Source: Pseudomonadales bacterium
GTDB taxonomy: Bacteria > Pseudomonadota > Gammaproteobacteria > Pseudomonadales > JAHEIH01
Assembly: GCA_035458985.1 (NCBI GenBank)
Contig: DATHYR010000011.1
Span: forward strand, 23,491-87,490
Length of the DNA stretch: 64,000 nucleotides
Direction of reading: 5' to 3'
Part shown: piece by piece, positions 29,144-39,117 of the stretch
Layout of the letters: each line of letters begins with the position of its first letter
Numbering within the stretch: the first letter of the stretch is position 1
Notes under the pieces: generated by a model
Databases searched by the model: none
What the model saw: the letters and a program-made list of their open reading frames with translations, nothing else
What the model was told of the DNA's origin: nothing
Translations under genes and position numbers: made by a program

Positions 29144-29603
29144 TGCCTTTGCGGTCGGCGCTTAAACGGTCTATCTCTTGGCGGAATTCATCAAGATCTT
29201 TAAAGTCGCGGTATACGGAAGCAAATCGAACGAAAGCCACATGATCCATGTCACGTAGCTGCTGCATGACCTCTTCACCAATGAGCAATGAGCGAATCTC
29301 GCGCTCGCCAGTGGCTTGAAGCTTACGCTTGATGGTAGCGATAGCCGCTTCAATCAGCTCTACACTGACCGGGCGTTTTTCAACGGCACGTAAAATACCC
29401 GCACGCAACTTATCCTCGTTAAAGGGTTCGCGAACACCGTTACTTTTAATCACTTTGGGGAGAAGCAGTTCAGCTGTTTCAAAGGTGGTAAAACGTTCTT
29501 TGCAGCTTAAACACTCGCGCCGACGGCGAACTTGTCCGCCGTCGGCCACGAGACGCGAGTCAATAACTTTGGTGTCTGTTTCAGCACAAAATGGACAGTG
29601 CAC
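29130..29603 (-). CDS. nrdR: Transcriptional repressor NrdR
   Basis: [19 protein letters not shown] zinc ribbon plus an ATP-cone. Confidence 0.95.
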   Translation of the reverse strand: MHCPFCAETDTKVIDSRLVADGGQVRRRRECLSCKERFTTFETAELLLPKVIKSNGVREPFNEDKLRAGILRAVEKRPVSVELIEAAIATIKRKLQATGEREIRSLLIGEEVMQQLRDMDHVAFVRFASVYRDFKDLDEFRQEIDRLSADRKGSDVD

Positions 29604-29626
29604 CTAGCAATCCTCGCCGATGGTAT

Positions 29627-30889
29627 TTACGCGTACACAGGGAAGCGCTTGCACAACGCTTTCACTTGCTCACGGACCTGAGGAACCACCGTATCACTGG
29701 TGCCATTTTCCAGAGAATCTAACACGTCACACATCCAATGCGTCAATTGAACACATTCCTCTTCACCAAAGCCACGCGTCGTAATCGCGGGCGTGCCAAC
29801 ACGAATGCCCGAGGTGACAAAGGGTGAACGTGGGTCGTTAGGCACCGCGTTCTTGTTGACCGTAATGTAGGCTTCGCCAAGGGCGGCGTCAGCATCCTTA
29901 CCTGAGTAAGGCTTGTTGATCAGATCTACCAACATCAAATGGTTTTCAGTACCGCCAGAAACAATATTAATGCCCCGCGCCATAAAGGTTTTAGCCATGG
30001 CTTTAGCGTTGCTAATCACTTTCTTTTGGTAGTCGACGAAGTCGGGACTCATCGCTTCTTTGAAGCTGACAGCCTTAGCGGCAATCACGTGCATCAAAGG
30101 ACCCCCTTGACCGCCGGGGAAAACCGCCGAATTGAGTTTTTTCTCGATCTCTGGGTTGGCTTTAGCCAAAATAATACCGCCGCGAGGTCCGCGCAGGGTT
30201 TTGTGGGTGGTCGAAGTCACAACGTCAGCAAATGGCACAGGGTTGGGATAGACACCCGCGGCAACCAAGCCAGCAACGTGGGCCATATCGACCAACAGGT
30301 AGGCGCCCACTTTGTCAGCGATCTCGCGGAAACGAGCCCAGTCAACAATACCAGAGTAAGCTGAGAAACCCGCTACAATCATTTTCGGCTTGTGCTCAAG
30401 GGCCAAGGCCTCGGCTTGATCGTAATCGATCACGCCAGTCTCGTTATTCAGACCATACTGAACAGCGTTGTAGACCTTGCCGGAGAAGTTAGGCTTGGCG
30501 CCGTGCGTTAAGTGACCACCAGCGTCCAAGCTCATACCCAGCACAGTATCACCTGCGTTCAGAAGGGCTAAGTACACGGCTGAGTTCGCTTGCGAACCTG
30601 AGTGAGGCTGTACGTTGGCGTAATCAGCGCCAAATAACTGTTTCGCCCGCTCAATCGCCAGCTCTTCAGCTTTATCAACGAACTCGCAACCACCGTAATA
30701 ACGCTTACCTGGATAGCCTTCAGCGTATTTATTGGTTAAACGGCTACCCTGAGCTTCCATCACACGAGGGCTAGCGTAGTTTTCAGAAGCGATCAACTCG
30801 ATATGCTCTTCTTGGCGTACATCTTCGGCTTGAATAGCCGCCAAAAGTTCATCATCGAAACCGGCGATTGTCATGTCATTACTGAACAT
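29627..30889 (-). CDS. glyA: Serine hydroxymethyltransferase
   Basis: ELIASENY, the PLP-Lys region [12 protein letters not shown], and a start at [12 protein letters not shown]. Confidence 0.95.
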   Translation of the reverse strand: MFSNDMTIAGFDDELLAAIQAEDVRQEEHIELIASENYASPRVMEAQGSRLTNKYAEGYPGKRYYGGCEFVDKAEELAIERAKQLFGADYANVQPHSGSQANSAVYLALLNAGDTVLGMSLDAGGHLTHGAKPNFSGKVYNAVQYGLNNETGVIDYDQAEALALEHKPKMIVAGFSAYSGIVDWARFREIADKVGAYLLVDMAHVAGLVAAGVYPNPVPFADVVTSTTHKTLRGPRGGIILAKANPEIEKKLNSAVFPGGQGGPLMHVIAAKAVSFKEAMSPDFVDYQKKVISNAKAMAKTFMARGINIVSGGTENHLMLVDLINKPYSGKDADAALGEAYITVNKNAVPNDPRSPFVTSGIRVGTPAITTRGFGEEECVQLTHWMCDVLDSLENGTSDTVVPQVREQVKALCKRFPVYA

Positions 30890-31040
30890 TGATTTTCCTC
30901 TGAGTATTGAGCGATAAATGAGGGGGCAAATTATACACAACTCGCCCCTCTAAAGCATGATTAATGCTCAGTAAATTGCGATATTTCGAGAATTTTACAC
31001 CTTCCTCGATACACCGCCTTGTTGTCCTCCTGCACAACAG

Positions 31041-31070
31041 TACAAACCAACGCCATGGAAGTGCTATAAT
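31041..31070 (+). promoter_or_regulatory. Candidate extended -10 promoter for ettA (TACAAA-N18-TGCTATAAT)
   Basis: TGCTATAAT at 31062..31070, about 40 nt upstream of the ettA ATG. Confidence 0.45.
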
Positions 31071-31108
31071 CACCCCATTTTAAGCCTGCCACCTAACAAG
31101 GAATACTC

Positions 31109-32767
31109 ATGGCTCAATTCGTTTACAGCATGAATCGGGTGAATAAAATTGTTCCCCCTAAACGCCACATTCTCAAAAATATCTCTTTGTCGTTTTTTCC
31201 TGGCGCCAAGATTGGCGTATTAGGTTTAAACGGTGCGGGTAAATCCACCCTGCTCAAAATTATGGCAGGCATCGATACCGACATCGATGGTGAAGCTCGT
31301 CCCATGCCCGGCATCAAAATAGGTTACCTGGCACAAGAACCGCAACTGGATATGAACAAAGACGTGCGAGGTAACGTGGAAGACGGCGTTCGCGAAGCGC
31401 TTGATGCTTTGGCCGCGCTTGATCAAGTGTATGCGGACTACGCCGATCCGGAAGCTGACTTCGACAAATTGGCCAAGCGCCAAGCCCAGTTAGAAGACAT
31501 CATTAACGCCTGGGATGCGCACAACCTCAACCACCAACTTGAAATTGCCGCCGATGCACTTAGGCTTCCCGCATGGGACGCCGACGTCAGCAAGCTCTCA
31601 GGGGGAGAAAAGCGCCGCGTAGCTCTATGCCGATTACTGCTGTCAAAACCTGACATGCTGTTACTCGACGAGCCCACCAACCACCTGGATGCTGAATCAG
31701 TTGGCTGGCTGGAACGCTTCTTAGTCGACTTTCCCGGCACCGTGGTCGCCATTACGCACGACCGCTATTTCCTTGATAATGCAGCGGGATGGATTCTCGA
31801 ACTCGACCGCGGCCACGGCATTCCTTATGAGGGTAATTACACCTCTTGGCTGGAGCAAAAAGAGGCTCGCCTGGTGCAGGAGCAACGCGCCGAAGAAGCC
31901 CATACCAAGGCTTTGAAGCACGAATTAGAATGGGTTCGCCAAAACCCCAAAGGCCGCCACGCCAAGAACAAAGCGCGGATTGCACGCTTTGAAGAAATGC
32001 AATCTCGCGAGTTTCAGTCCCGCAATGAAACCAATGAGATTTATATCCCCCCCGGCGAGCGTCTCGGCGACAAAGTCATTGAATTTAAAAATGTCAGCAA
32101 GGGCTTTGGCAATGAATTGCTGATCGAGGACCTCAATCTCAGTATTCCCAAAGGGGCCATTGTTGGCATCATAGGCGGCAACGGCGCCGGCAAATCCACT
32201 CTCTTTCGAATGATCGCAGGGACCGAGCAGCCCGATAGTGGCAGCATTGAGCTTGGCGAAACGGTCAAAGTCGCGTTCGTAGAGCAAGGACGTGAAAACC
32301 TCAATGACAAAGCGTCGGTATGGGAAGCCGTTTCTGGCGGATCAGATATTTTGACGATCGGCAACTACGAAATCCCTTCACGCGCCTACGTTGGTCGCTT
32401 CAACTTCAAGGGTTCAGACCAGCAAAAACGCGTGGGCGAACTGTCGGGCGGTGAACGTGGTCGTCTGCACTTGGCCAACACGCTTAAACAAGGCGCCAAT
32501 GTACTGCTCTTAGACGAACCGTCCAATGACCTCGACGTAGAAACCCTTCGCGCCTTAGAAGAGGCGATTCAAAACTTCCCCGGTTGCGTACTGTGTATTT
32601 CGCACGATCGCTGGTTCCTCGACCGCATCGCTACGCATATTTTGGCGTATGAAGGCGCAGCCAAACTAACCTTTTTCGAAGGTAACTACACTGAGTATGA
32701 AGAAGACCGAGTCGCGCGCATGGGTAATGAACCGCCCAAACGCGTTAAATACACCAAGCTCAAATAG
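31109..32767 (+). CDS. ettA: Energy-dependent translational throttle protein EttA (ABC-F ATPase)
   Basis: [49 protein letters not shown]. Two ABC cassettes. 552 aa. Confidence 0.95.
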   Translation: MAQFVYSMNRVNKIVPPKRHILKNISLSFFPGAKIGVLGLNGAGKSTLLKIMAGIDTDIDGEARPMPGIKIGYLAQEPQLDMNKDVRGNVEDGVREALDALAALDQVYADYADPEADFDKLAKRQAQLEDIINAWDAHNLNHQLEIAADALRLPAWDADVSKLSGGEKRRVALCRLLLSKPDMLLLDEPTNHLDAESVGWLERFLVDFPGTVVAITHDRYFLDNAAGWILELDRGHGIPYEGNYTSWLEQKEARLVQEQRAEEAHTKALKHELEWVRQNPKGRHAKNKARIARFEEMQSREFQSRNETNEIYIPPGERLGDKVIEFKNVSKGFGNELLIEDLNLSIPKGAIVGIIGGNGAGKSTLFRMIAGTEQPDSGSIELGETVKVAFVEQGRENLNDKASVWEAVSGGSDILTIGNYEIPSRAYVGRFNFKGSDQQKRVGELSGGERGRLHLANTLKQGANVLLLDEPSNDLDVETLRALEEAIQNFPGCVLCISHDRWFLDRIATHILAYEGAAKLTFFEGNYTEYEEDRVARMGNEPPKRVKYTKLK

Positions 32768-32770
32768 TGA

Positions 32771-32800
32771 AAGGCGCCTCGGCGCCTTTCTTATTTTTTT
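32771..32800 (+). terminator. Rho-independent terminator of ettA
   Basis: AAGGCGCC-tc-GGCGCCTT followed by a T-rich run (tttcttattttttt). Confidence 0.75.
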
Positions 32801-32855
32801 AGCAATTCCGCCGACCTAGCCTATACTTTTGTAATCAACCCCGAGGTCCTATAGC

Positions 32856-33227
32856 ATGGAAAATATTAGCGATACCAATGACGAGCGACGCACCTTCAGC
32901 CGCATCAGCTTCGACGCCGATACGTTTCTATGTCAAGACGATCGCCGCTGGCCCGTTGAACTCATCGACATCTCACTGAATGGCGTGTTAGTAAAATTAC
33001 CCGACGGCTGGGACGGCGATCCGACTAAAGACACCGCTGTGTATATCCACCTTGGCGGCGACATTGCGATCAACATGATTACTCGTCTTACGCACCAACA
33101 AGAAGGCAGAGCCGGCTTTCAATGTGATCATATCGACCTAGAAAGCATCAGTCATTTGCGACGTTTGGTCGAACTCAACCTAGGGGATACCGACCTGCTA
33201 GAACGGGAACTAAGCCACCTCGCCTAG
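32856..33227 (+). CDS. Single-domain PilZ c-di-GMP receptor (PA4608/MapZ-like)
   Basis: RTFSR (RxxxR) and DISLNG (DxSxxG). As I recall PA4608, its C-terminal half closely matches HIDLESISHLRRLVELNLGD. Confidence 0.75.
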   Translation: MENISDTNDERRTFSRISFDADTFLCQDDRRWPVELIDISLNGVLVKLPDGWDGDPTKDTAVYIHLGGDIAINMITRLTHQQEGRAGFQCDHIDLESISHLRRLVELNLGDTDLLERELSHLA

Positions 33228-33886
33228 TACTGAGGATCGACACGTCCACCAATCGATTGGTTAAGCCTGAACCACCCCGCGATGCTGTAACGATCACGCT
33301 GGGCTGGCAATACCTCGTGCGGAAACTCTTCACTCAGAAAAACCACCAACGTGCCGAGTATCGGTGTGACTTTTAACAACGACCGATCATACCCATCAAA
33401 AATCTGCAACTCACCGCCATCATCCGGGTGCCAACCTGAATTCAAATACAATACCGTCGATAAAACACGGTTTGCTTCGCCCTTGAAGGCGTCATAATGC
33501 TTGCGGTAGAAATCGCCACACTGATAGTGAGCGAAATGACTTTCGTAAGAAAACAAACCTAACAGTAAGCGCCGATTTAGATATACCCGCAGACGCTCCG
33601 CCCATGCCATCCAACGCCTCTCCGCGTCAGTGACACCATCAATCCAGGCGATTTTATCGCGCCGTACAAAATTGTTTTCAGCCACCTCATTGCCGCGGCC
33701 AATCTTGGCAGCAGCAAACGCTTCAGCTTGTTCACGCGCCTGCTGTGCCAACGGTAACACGATACTGTCAGGCATACCCGCAGGGATAACACAGTAGCCA
33801 TCTCGCTCTATTGACGCAGCAATATTAGCGAACAATACATCCTCGCCACCGCCATCAAAGGTGTCAAAAAGTTGTGTGACGACCAT
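33224..33886 (-). CDS. 2OG-Fe(II) oxygenase (prolyl-4-hydroxylase-like)
   Basis: HxD (KHYDAF), distal His (FPHEVLP) and a 2OG-binding Arg (RYSIAGWF). The start lies 3 nt after the ptsP stop. Confidence 0.75.
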   Translation of the reverse strand: MVVTQLFDTFDGGGEDVLFANIAASIERDGYCVIPAGMPDSIVLPLAQQAREQAEAFAAAKIGRGNEVAENNFVRRDKIAWIDGVTDAERRWMAWAERLRVYLNRRLLLGLFSYESHFAHYQCGDFYRKHYDAFKGEANRVLSTVLYLNSGWHPDDGGELQIFDGYDRSLLKVTPILGTLVVFLSEEFPHEVLPAQRDRYSIAGWFRLNQSIGGRVDPQY

Positions 33887-33889
33887 GAT

Positions 33890-36127
33890 TTATCCTAGCG
33901 ACTTAAACAAGTAATCGACCCCACTGTCGCGGAGCTCTTGTAACAACAACTCGTGTATCGCTGCCGCCGAACTCTTTCGCAGGGCGCGTTGCAGAATTAA
34001 CGCCGCACGCTCCTGCGACAGCGCTCGAATCAGGCACTTAATTTTGGGCAGCTGGAAGGCACTCATGCTGAGACTATCCACATCCATACCGAGCAACAAA
34101 ATCACCGCCAAGGGGTGAGAAGCCATTTCTCCGCAAACGCCAATCTTGATACCAAGCGTTTTGGCCTTCCGAACAATGCGATAGACCTCAGAAATCACCG
34201 CGGGGTGGACATGATTGAAGAGTGAGGCCACGCGTTCGTTATTGCGATCGACCGCCAATAAATACTGGGTTAGGTCGTTAGAGCCAATCGATATAAAATC
34301 GACGCGATCAGACAGAAAATCCATCTGGCTGATCAGCGAAGGGACTTCGAGCATGATGCCCACTTTGGGCTGACGGACGTCCAACCCGGCATCGACCAGT
34401 TCTTTTCTACATTGATCCAACAGCGCCTTAAACGCATCGATTTGATCGATCTCACCCACCATGGGCACCATGATATTGAGCGTTGGTAGGCCTATCGACG
34501 CACGCAACATCGCCCTGAGCTGGGTACGAAGAATGGGGCGATTATCGAGAGCAAAACGAATACCTCGCCATCCTAAAAACGGGTTTTCTTCCTTAAAACT
34601 GAAATAAGGCAGTGGTTTATCACCCCCAATATCCAGTGTACGCATATACACAGGCTTGCCGTTATAGCACTCCAATACCTGCCGATATATGGCCTCTTGC
34701 TCACTCTCGGTAGGGAAGGATTCTGCCACCAAAAACGGGATTTCAGAGCGATAGAGACCAATACCCTCAGCGCCCATTTTGAGGCCAGGTGTAATTTCAG
34801 ACAGCAAGCCTGTATTGACGAACAGTTGAATGCGCTGACCATCTAAGGTGATGGCCATGAGATCGCGCAACTCTGCTAGCTCGGCATACTCTTGTACCTC
34901 GCGCTCGCGCAACTGGCGGTACTCTTGCAGTAGCGCTGGAGTAGGATGCACAAACACGCGCCCAAGATTGCCCTCCACAATGAGCGGCTGCCCCACATCG
35001 ATGGCTGAAATATTTTCTACGCCCATGACACAGGGAATACCCAAGGCTTTGGCGACAATCGCCGTGTGGGAGAGCCCCGAACCACTGCTTGAAATGACAC
35101 CCGCTAAACTGCCGTTAGGATAGGCAGCAATATCTGTCGCCGCTACGTTGTAACCCACTAGCACAATGGGCTCATCATGAACGACCGCTTCCAGGTCGAT
35201 GGCGCGACAGTGGGCCACAATTTTACTCGCGACATGAAATACGTCATCAGCGCGAGCCTTTAAATAGGGATCATCGATAGCTTGCAGAGCATCGATGATA
35301 TTTTCTGACGCTTGCTGCACAGCAAAGGAGGCACAATGGCCGATCTCGATAAAGCTGTAAACAGATTCGATGAACGTGGGATCCGACAGCATGGCGCCAT
35401 AGGCCTCCGCTAAGCTATCGAGATTGTGTTCGGCACTCAAACTGCCCAGCGTACTTTCGACATCGTGTTTGGCGCGTTCAAGCGCAGCCTCAAAACAGTG
35501 GCGCTGCTCTCCCGCATGATAACTGGGTTCGGGGTCGATATCTTCATACAGTTCGCTACTATCCACCCAAACGACTGTCCCAATCCCAATACCTGGAGAG
35601 GCAGCTTTACCATTGAGCACATAGTTGTGCAGTCCGTCCGTTTGAACAAAATCAGCAATATCGAAGTCCACTGCCAATTGAGAAGCAATGGTAATGACGA
35701 AAGATTCTTCCTCATCACTAAAGGCTCGTGATTCGTTGGTCTGAACAACCAACACACCCACCGTATGGCCTAAGTGAATAATAGGGACACCGAGGAAACC
35801 GACGAAACTGTCCTCCACCAACTCATCCACGCGATGAAACGCAGGATGACTGGGCGCATGAGACAGGTTGAGCGAGTTACCTGTGACGGCAATACTCCCC
35901 ACCAAACCCACACCCAGGGGCAAGCGCGTGATACCAATACCGGTTTCACTTAAACCACGCGTAGCGACCAACAACACCTCTTCACCCGTGGTCACATAGA
36001 GCGACGAGACAGGCACCGATAAGACATCGCAGATGGCATCCACCAAATGCTGGGCCTTCTCACGCTGAGTGCGCTTATCCGCCGCCGTTTCGATGATGGC
36101 GCGAAGTTGGTTAATGGAGACAGGCAT
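33890..36127 (-). CDS. ptsP: Phosphoenolpyruvate-protein phosphotransferase PtsP (GAF + enzyme I, nitrogen PTS)
   Basis: N-terminal GAF domain. Phospho-His region SGLSHTAIVAKALGIPCV. PEP-utilising C-terminus GSNDLTQY. Confidence 0.9.
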   Translation of the reverse strand: MPVSINQLRAIIETAADKRTQREKAQHLVDAICDVLSVPVSSLYVTTGEEVLLVATRGLSETGIGITRLPLGVGLVGSIAVTGNSLNLSHAPSHPAFHRVDELVEDSFVGFLGVPIIHLGHTVGVLVVQTNESRAFSDEEESFVITIASQLAVDFDIADFVQTDGLHNYVLNGKAASPGIGIGTVVWVDSSELYEDIDPEPSYHAGEQRHCFEAALERAKHDVESTLGSLSAEHNLDSLAEAYGAMLSDPTFIESVYSFIEIGHCASFAVQQASENIIDALQAIDDPYLKARADDVFHVASKIVAHCRAIDLEAVVHDEPIVLVGYNVAATDIAAYPNGSLAGVISSSGSGLSHTAIVAKALGIPCVMGVENISAIDVGQPLIVEGNLGRVFVHPTPALLQEYRQLREREVQEYAELAELRDLMAITLDGQRIQLFVNTGLLSEITPGLKMGAEGIGLYRSEIPFLVAESFPTESEQEAIYRQVLECYNGKPVYMRTLDIGGDKPLPYFSFKEENPFLGWRGIRFALDNRPILRTQLRAMLRASIGLPTLNIMVPMVGEIDQIDAFKALLDQCRKELVDAGLDVRQPKVGIMLEVPSLISQMDFLSDRVDFISIGSNDLTQYLLAVDRNNERVASLFNHVHPAVISEVYRIVRKAKTLGIKIGVCGEMASHPLAVILLLGMDVDSLSMSAFQLPKIKCLIRALSQERAALILQRALRKSSAAAIHELLLQELRDSGVDYLFKSLG

Positions 36128-36203
36128 GAATCATCCTTGCAGACGTAGTGTCACGAGTGTGACACCCATTCACTAATAATACGTGCAACGAACAGAAATA
36201 CAA

Positions 36204-37577
36204 TTATCTACGCCGAGCGAGACGCTTTTCGATCGCGGCGATCATGGCGCCAGCAATATCGTTACCCGTCGCCGTCTCTATGCCTTCTAAACCGGGCGAA
36301 GAATTCACCTCGAGCAACAAAGGCCCTTTACTGGAGCGAATGATATCAACCCCGGCCACCTGCAGCCCAAGGGTCTTGGCAGCTTTAATTGCCAACTTTC
36401 GCTCTGCTGGGGTAATTTTGACCACCGACGCCGTGCCTCCTTGGTGGATGTTGGCACGAAACTCTCCAGGTGCGGCGGTTCGCATAATAGAGGACACCAC
36501 CTTACCGCCAATCACAAAACATCGCAGATCTTTACCATCCGCTTCCTTGACGAATTCCTGCACGAGCAAGTTTGCACGGAGTGATTTAATCGCATTGATG
36601 ACACTCTCCGCTGCCTTATCGGTTTCAGCTAACACCACGCCCTTACCTTGCGTACCCTCTAATAACTTCACAATCAGCGGAGCACCGCCCACCATTTGTA
36701 TTAAATCATTGGTATCGGCCGGCGAGTTGGCAAAACCCGTAGTGGGAATATCGAGACCACTCTTCTGTAAAAGCTGTAACGAGTAAAGCTTATCGCGAGA
36801 GCTGGCTATAGATTCCGCGTTATTCTGGACATAAACACCCAAACTTTCGAAGTGGCGAGTAAGCGCACACCCATAAAACGTAATACTGGGACGAATACGC
36901 GGTATGAGCGCATCCAAATCATTGACCACATTACCACCGCGGTAATGAACTTCCGGGGCATCAGCATCGAGTTTCATATAACACTGCTTGATGTTCAAAA
37001 ACACCATTTCGTGCCCACGGGCCTCACCCGCCTCAATGATTCGGCGGTTACTGTAAAGGTCTGGATTGCTGGCTAACACGCCAATTTTCAGTCCACGCTT
37101 AGCCACTGTAGAGACACCATACATCTGGCGAACCTCAGTGATGGTGTGCTCACCCTGCTTAAAGCTGGCCGCAGGATCCACCAAAATTCGCCCCATCATG
37201 GCCTCTCGGCCTAACAACATACGGTATCCCATACTGTCGCGATTAGTCAGTGTTAGCTCAATTTCCCACTGATGCCCACCAATGTGAATTGGGGTTTTGA
37301 CCACAAATCGGCGCTCGGTGGTGCCACTGGAGGACTTGACCGTACGGCGATCCACCACCGGGGCTTCGCAACGAATAATGGTGACATCATCCTTTTGGAT
37401 TGGGTGCATATCAAATGACACCCAAGGCTCACCGTTGCGAGTAAAGGTGCGAATATTAAAGGCATGTAAGGCGGAGGTTTTTGCGCCTGAATCGACGCGG
37501 ACTTTAATGATGGGCAAGCCTAAGGACGGCAGTGAACACCACTCTTCACTACCCACGATAAATTTTGTTTCCATCAT
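36204..37577 (-). CDS. rimK: Fusion of a retropepsin-like 'ATP-dependent zinc protease' (RimB-like) domain and RimK alpha-L-glutamate ligase
   Basis: The N-terminal ~140 aa ([31 protein letters not shown]) are followed by an ATP-grasp region ([18 protein letters not shown]...[12 protein letters not shown]). Confidence 0.8.
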   Translation of the reverse strand: MMETKFIVGSEEWCSLPSLGLPIIKVRVDSGAKTSALHAFNIRTFTRNGEPWVSFDMHPIQKDDVTIIRCEAPVVDRRTVKSSSGTTERRFVVKTPIHIGGHQWEIELTLTNRDSMGYRMLLGREAMMGRILVDPAASFKQGEHTITEVRQMYGVSTVAKRGLKIGVLASNPDLYSNRRIIEAGEARGHEMVFLNIKQCYMKLDADAPEVHYRGGNVVNDLDALIPRIRPSITFYGCALTRHFESLGVYVQNNAESIASSRDKLYSLQLLQKSGLDIPTTGFANSPADTNDLIQMVGGAPLIVKLLEGTQGKGVVLAETDKAAESVINAIKSLRANLLVQEFVKEADGKDLRCFVIGGKVVSSIMRTAAPGEFRANIHQGGTASVVKITPAERKLAIKAAKTLGLQVAGVDIIRSSKGPLLLEVNSSPGLEGIETATGNDIAGAMIAAIEKRLARRR

Positions 37578-37636
37578 TAATACCCCGCTAAAACGCGAAG
37601 CATAGCCGAGAAATGATATTGTACAAAGGTTAATTT

Positions 37637-39004
37637 TTACACGTGCTGTAAGGCGTCGGAAAGACGTTTCACGGCAATCACCTGCATACCTTTCACACCA
37701 CCCTTAGGCACGTTAGCCGCCGGCACAATAGCTTTGGTAAAGCCATGCTTGGCTGCTTCAAACAGGCGCTCCTGACCACTAGGCACCGGCCTAATTTCGC
37801 CCGACAAACCCACCTCGCCAAACACCACCATGTCACGAGGTAGTGGGCGATCCTTGAAACTAGAGACAATCGACAACAACGTGGAAAGATCGGCACTGGT
37901 CTCCATGACCTTGACACCACCCACCACGTTAACAAATACGTCCTTATCACCCACCATGAGCCCACCGTGGCGGTGCAGTACCGCCAACAACATTGCCAAC
38001 CGATTTTGATCTAGCCCCACCGCCACACGGCGCGGATTGCCAAAGGGCGAGTCGTCCACCAAGGCCTGAATTTCAACCAACAATGGACGCGTTCCTTCCC
38101 AGACCACCGTCACCAAGCTGCCCGAACTAATTTCTTCGTCTCGAGAAAGAAAAATGGCGGAGGGGTTTTTGACTTCTTTTAAACCCTGCTCCGTCATGGC
38201 GAACACACCTAACTCGTTCACCGCCCCAAAGCGATTTTTTTGGCCGCGCAACGTTCTAAATCGGCTGTCATCGCCGCCTTCCAGCAGAATGGAGCAATCA
38301 ATCATATGCTCAAGCACCTTGGGACCCGCCAACGAACCATCCTTAGTGACATGGCCAACCAGGAATAACACAGTGCCGGTTTGCTTGGCGTATCGCGTCA
38401 GATAGGCCGCACACTCTCGCACCTGGGAAACACTCCCCGGTGCCGAAGAAATATCTGCCATGTGCATGACCTGGATTGAATCAACCACCAGTAACGTAGG
38501 TTGCAAACGCTGTGTTGCCGCACCAATGGCCTCAACGTCAGTTTCCGACATCATCTGCAATTTATCTGTCGGCAGCTTTAGTCGCTGCGCTCGCATAGCC
38601 ACTTGCTGCAATGACTCCTCACCCGTGACGTACAAAGCACTATGTAGTTGGGATAGTAAGCACAATGTCTGTAACAATAAGGTGCTCTTACCGGCGCCAG
38701 GGTGACCACCGATCAAAATCACTGAGCCAGGCACCAAGCCACCCCCCAGCACCCTATCCAACTCGCCGATACCGGTGGTTATTCGGGGCTGTTCTTGCAA
38801 GGCCACTTCAGCCAACGTGGTAATCTCACTTTGACTTCCTGAATACCCACCACGCCGAGGACTGCTAGCCGCTTTGCGGGTCGCAGGGCCAAGCGAAATC
38901 TCGACAATGGTATTCCAGGCGCTGCAATCAGGACATTGGCCCATCCATTTACTGAAGTCTGAGCCGCACTCATTGCAAACGAAGGCGGTGGTGTTTTTAG
39001 CCAT
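37637..39004 (-). CDS. radA: DNA repair protein RadA/Sms
   Basis: Zinc finger [20 protein letters not shown], Walker [20 protein letters not shown] motif, and a Lon-like C-terminus. Confidence 0.95.
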   Translation of the reverse strand: MAKNTTAFVCNECGSDFSKWMGQCPDCSAWNTIVEISLGPATRKAASSPRRGGYSGSQSEITTLAEVALQEQPRITTGIGELDRVLGGGLVPGSVILIGGHPGAGKSTLLLQTLCLLSQLHSALYVTGEESLQQVAMRAQRLKLPTDKLQMMSETDVEAIGAATQRLQPTLLVVDSIQVMHMADISSAPGSVSQVRECAAYLTRYAKQTGTVLFLVGHVTKDGSLAGPKVLEHMIDCSILLEGGDDSRFRTLRGQKNRFGAVNELGVFAMTEQGLKEVKNPSAIFLSRDEEISSGSLVTVVWEGTRPLLVEIQALVDDSPFGNPRRVAVGLDQNRLAMLLAVLHRHGGLMVGDKDVFVNVVGGVKVMETSADLSTLLSIVSSFKDRPLPRDMVVFGEVGLSGEIRPVPSGQERLFEAAKHGFTKAIVPAANVPKGGVKGMQVIAVKRLSDALQHV

Positions 39005-39016
39005 AACGCATCACTA

Positions 39017-39032
39017 CTGTATAAAAAAACAG
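39017..39032. promoter_or_regulatory. LexA (SOS) box CTGT-N8-ACAG
   Basis: taCTGTATAAAAAAACAGcc lies in the radA / 39118-gene divergent region. It sits just downstream of a minus-strand extended -10 (TGCTACAAT, 39037..39045). Confidence 0.55.
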
Positions 39033-39117
39033 CCCTTATTGTAGCAATAATTCGCCGCCAGACTAGCCCTTTGTCGTCTCGGACCGTAAAATCGTTCTCC
39101 AATCAAGAGAGCTATCC

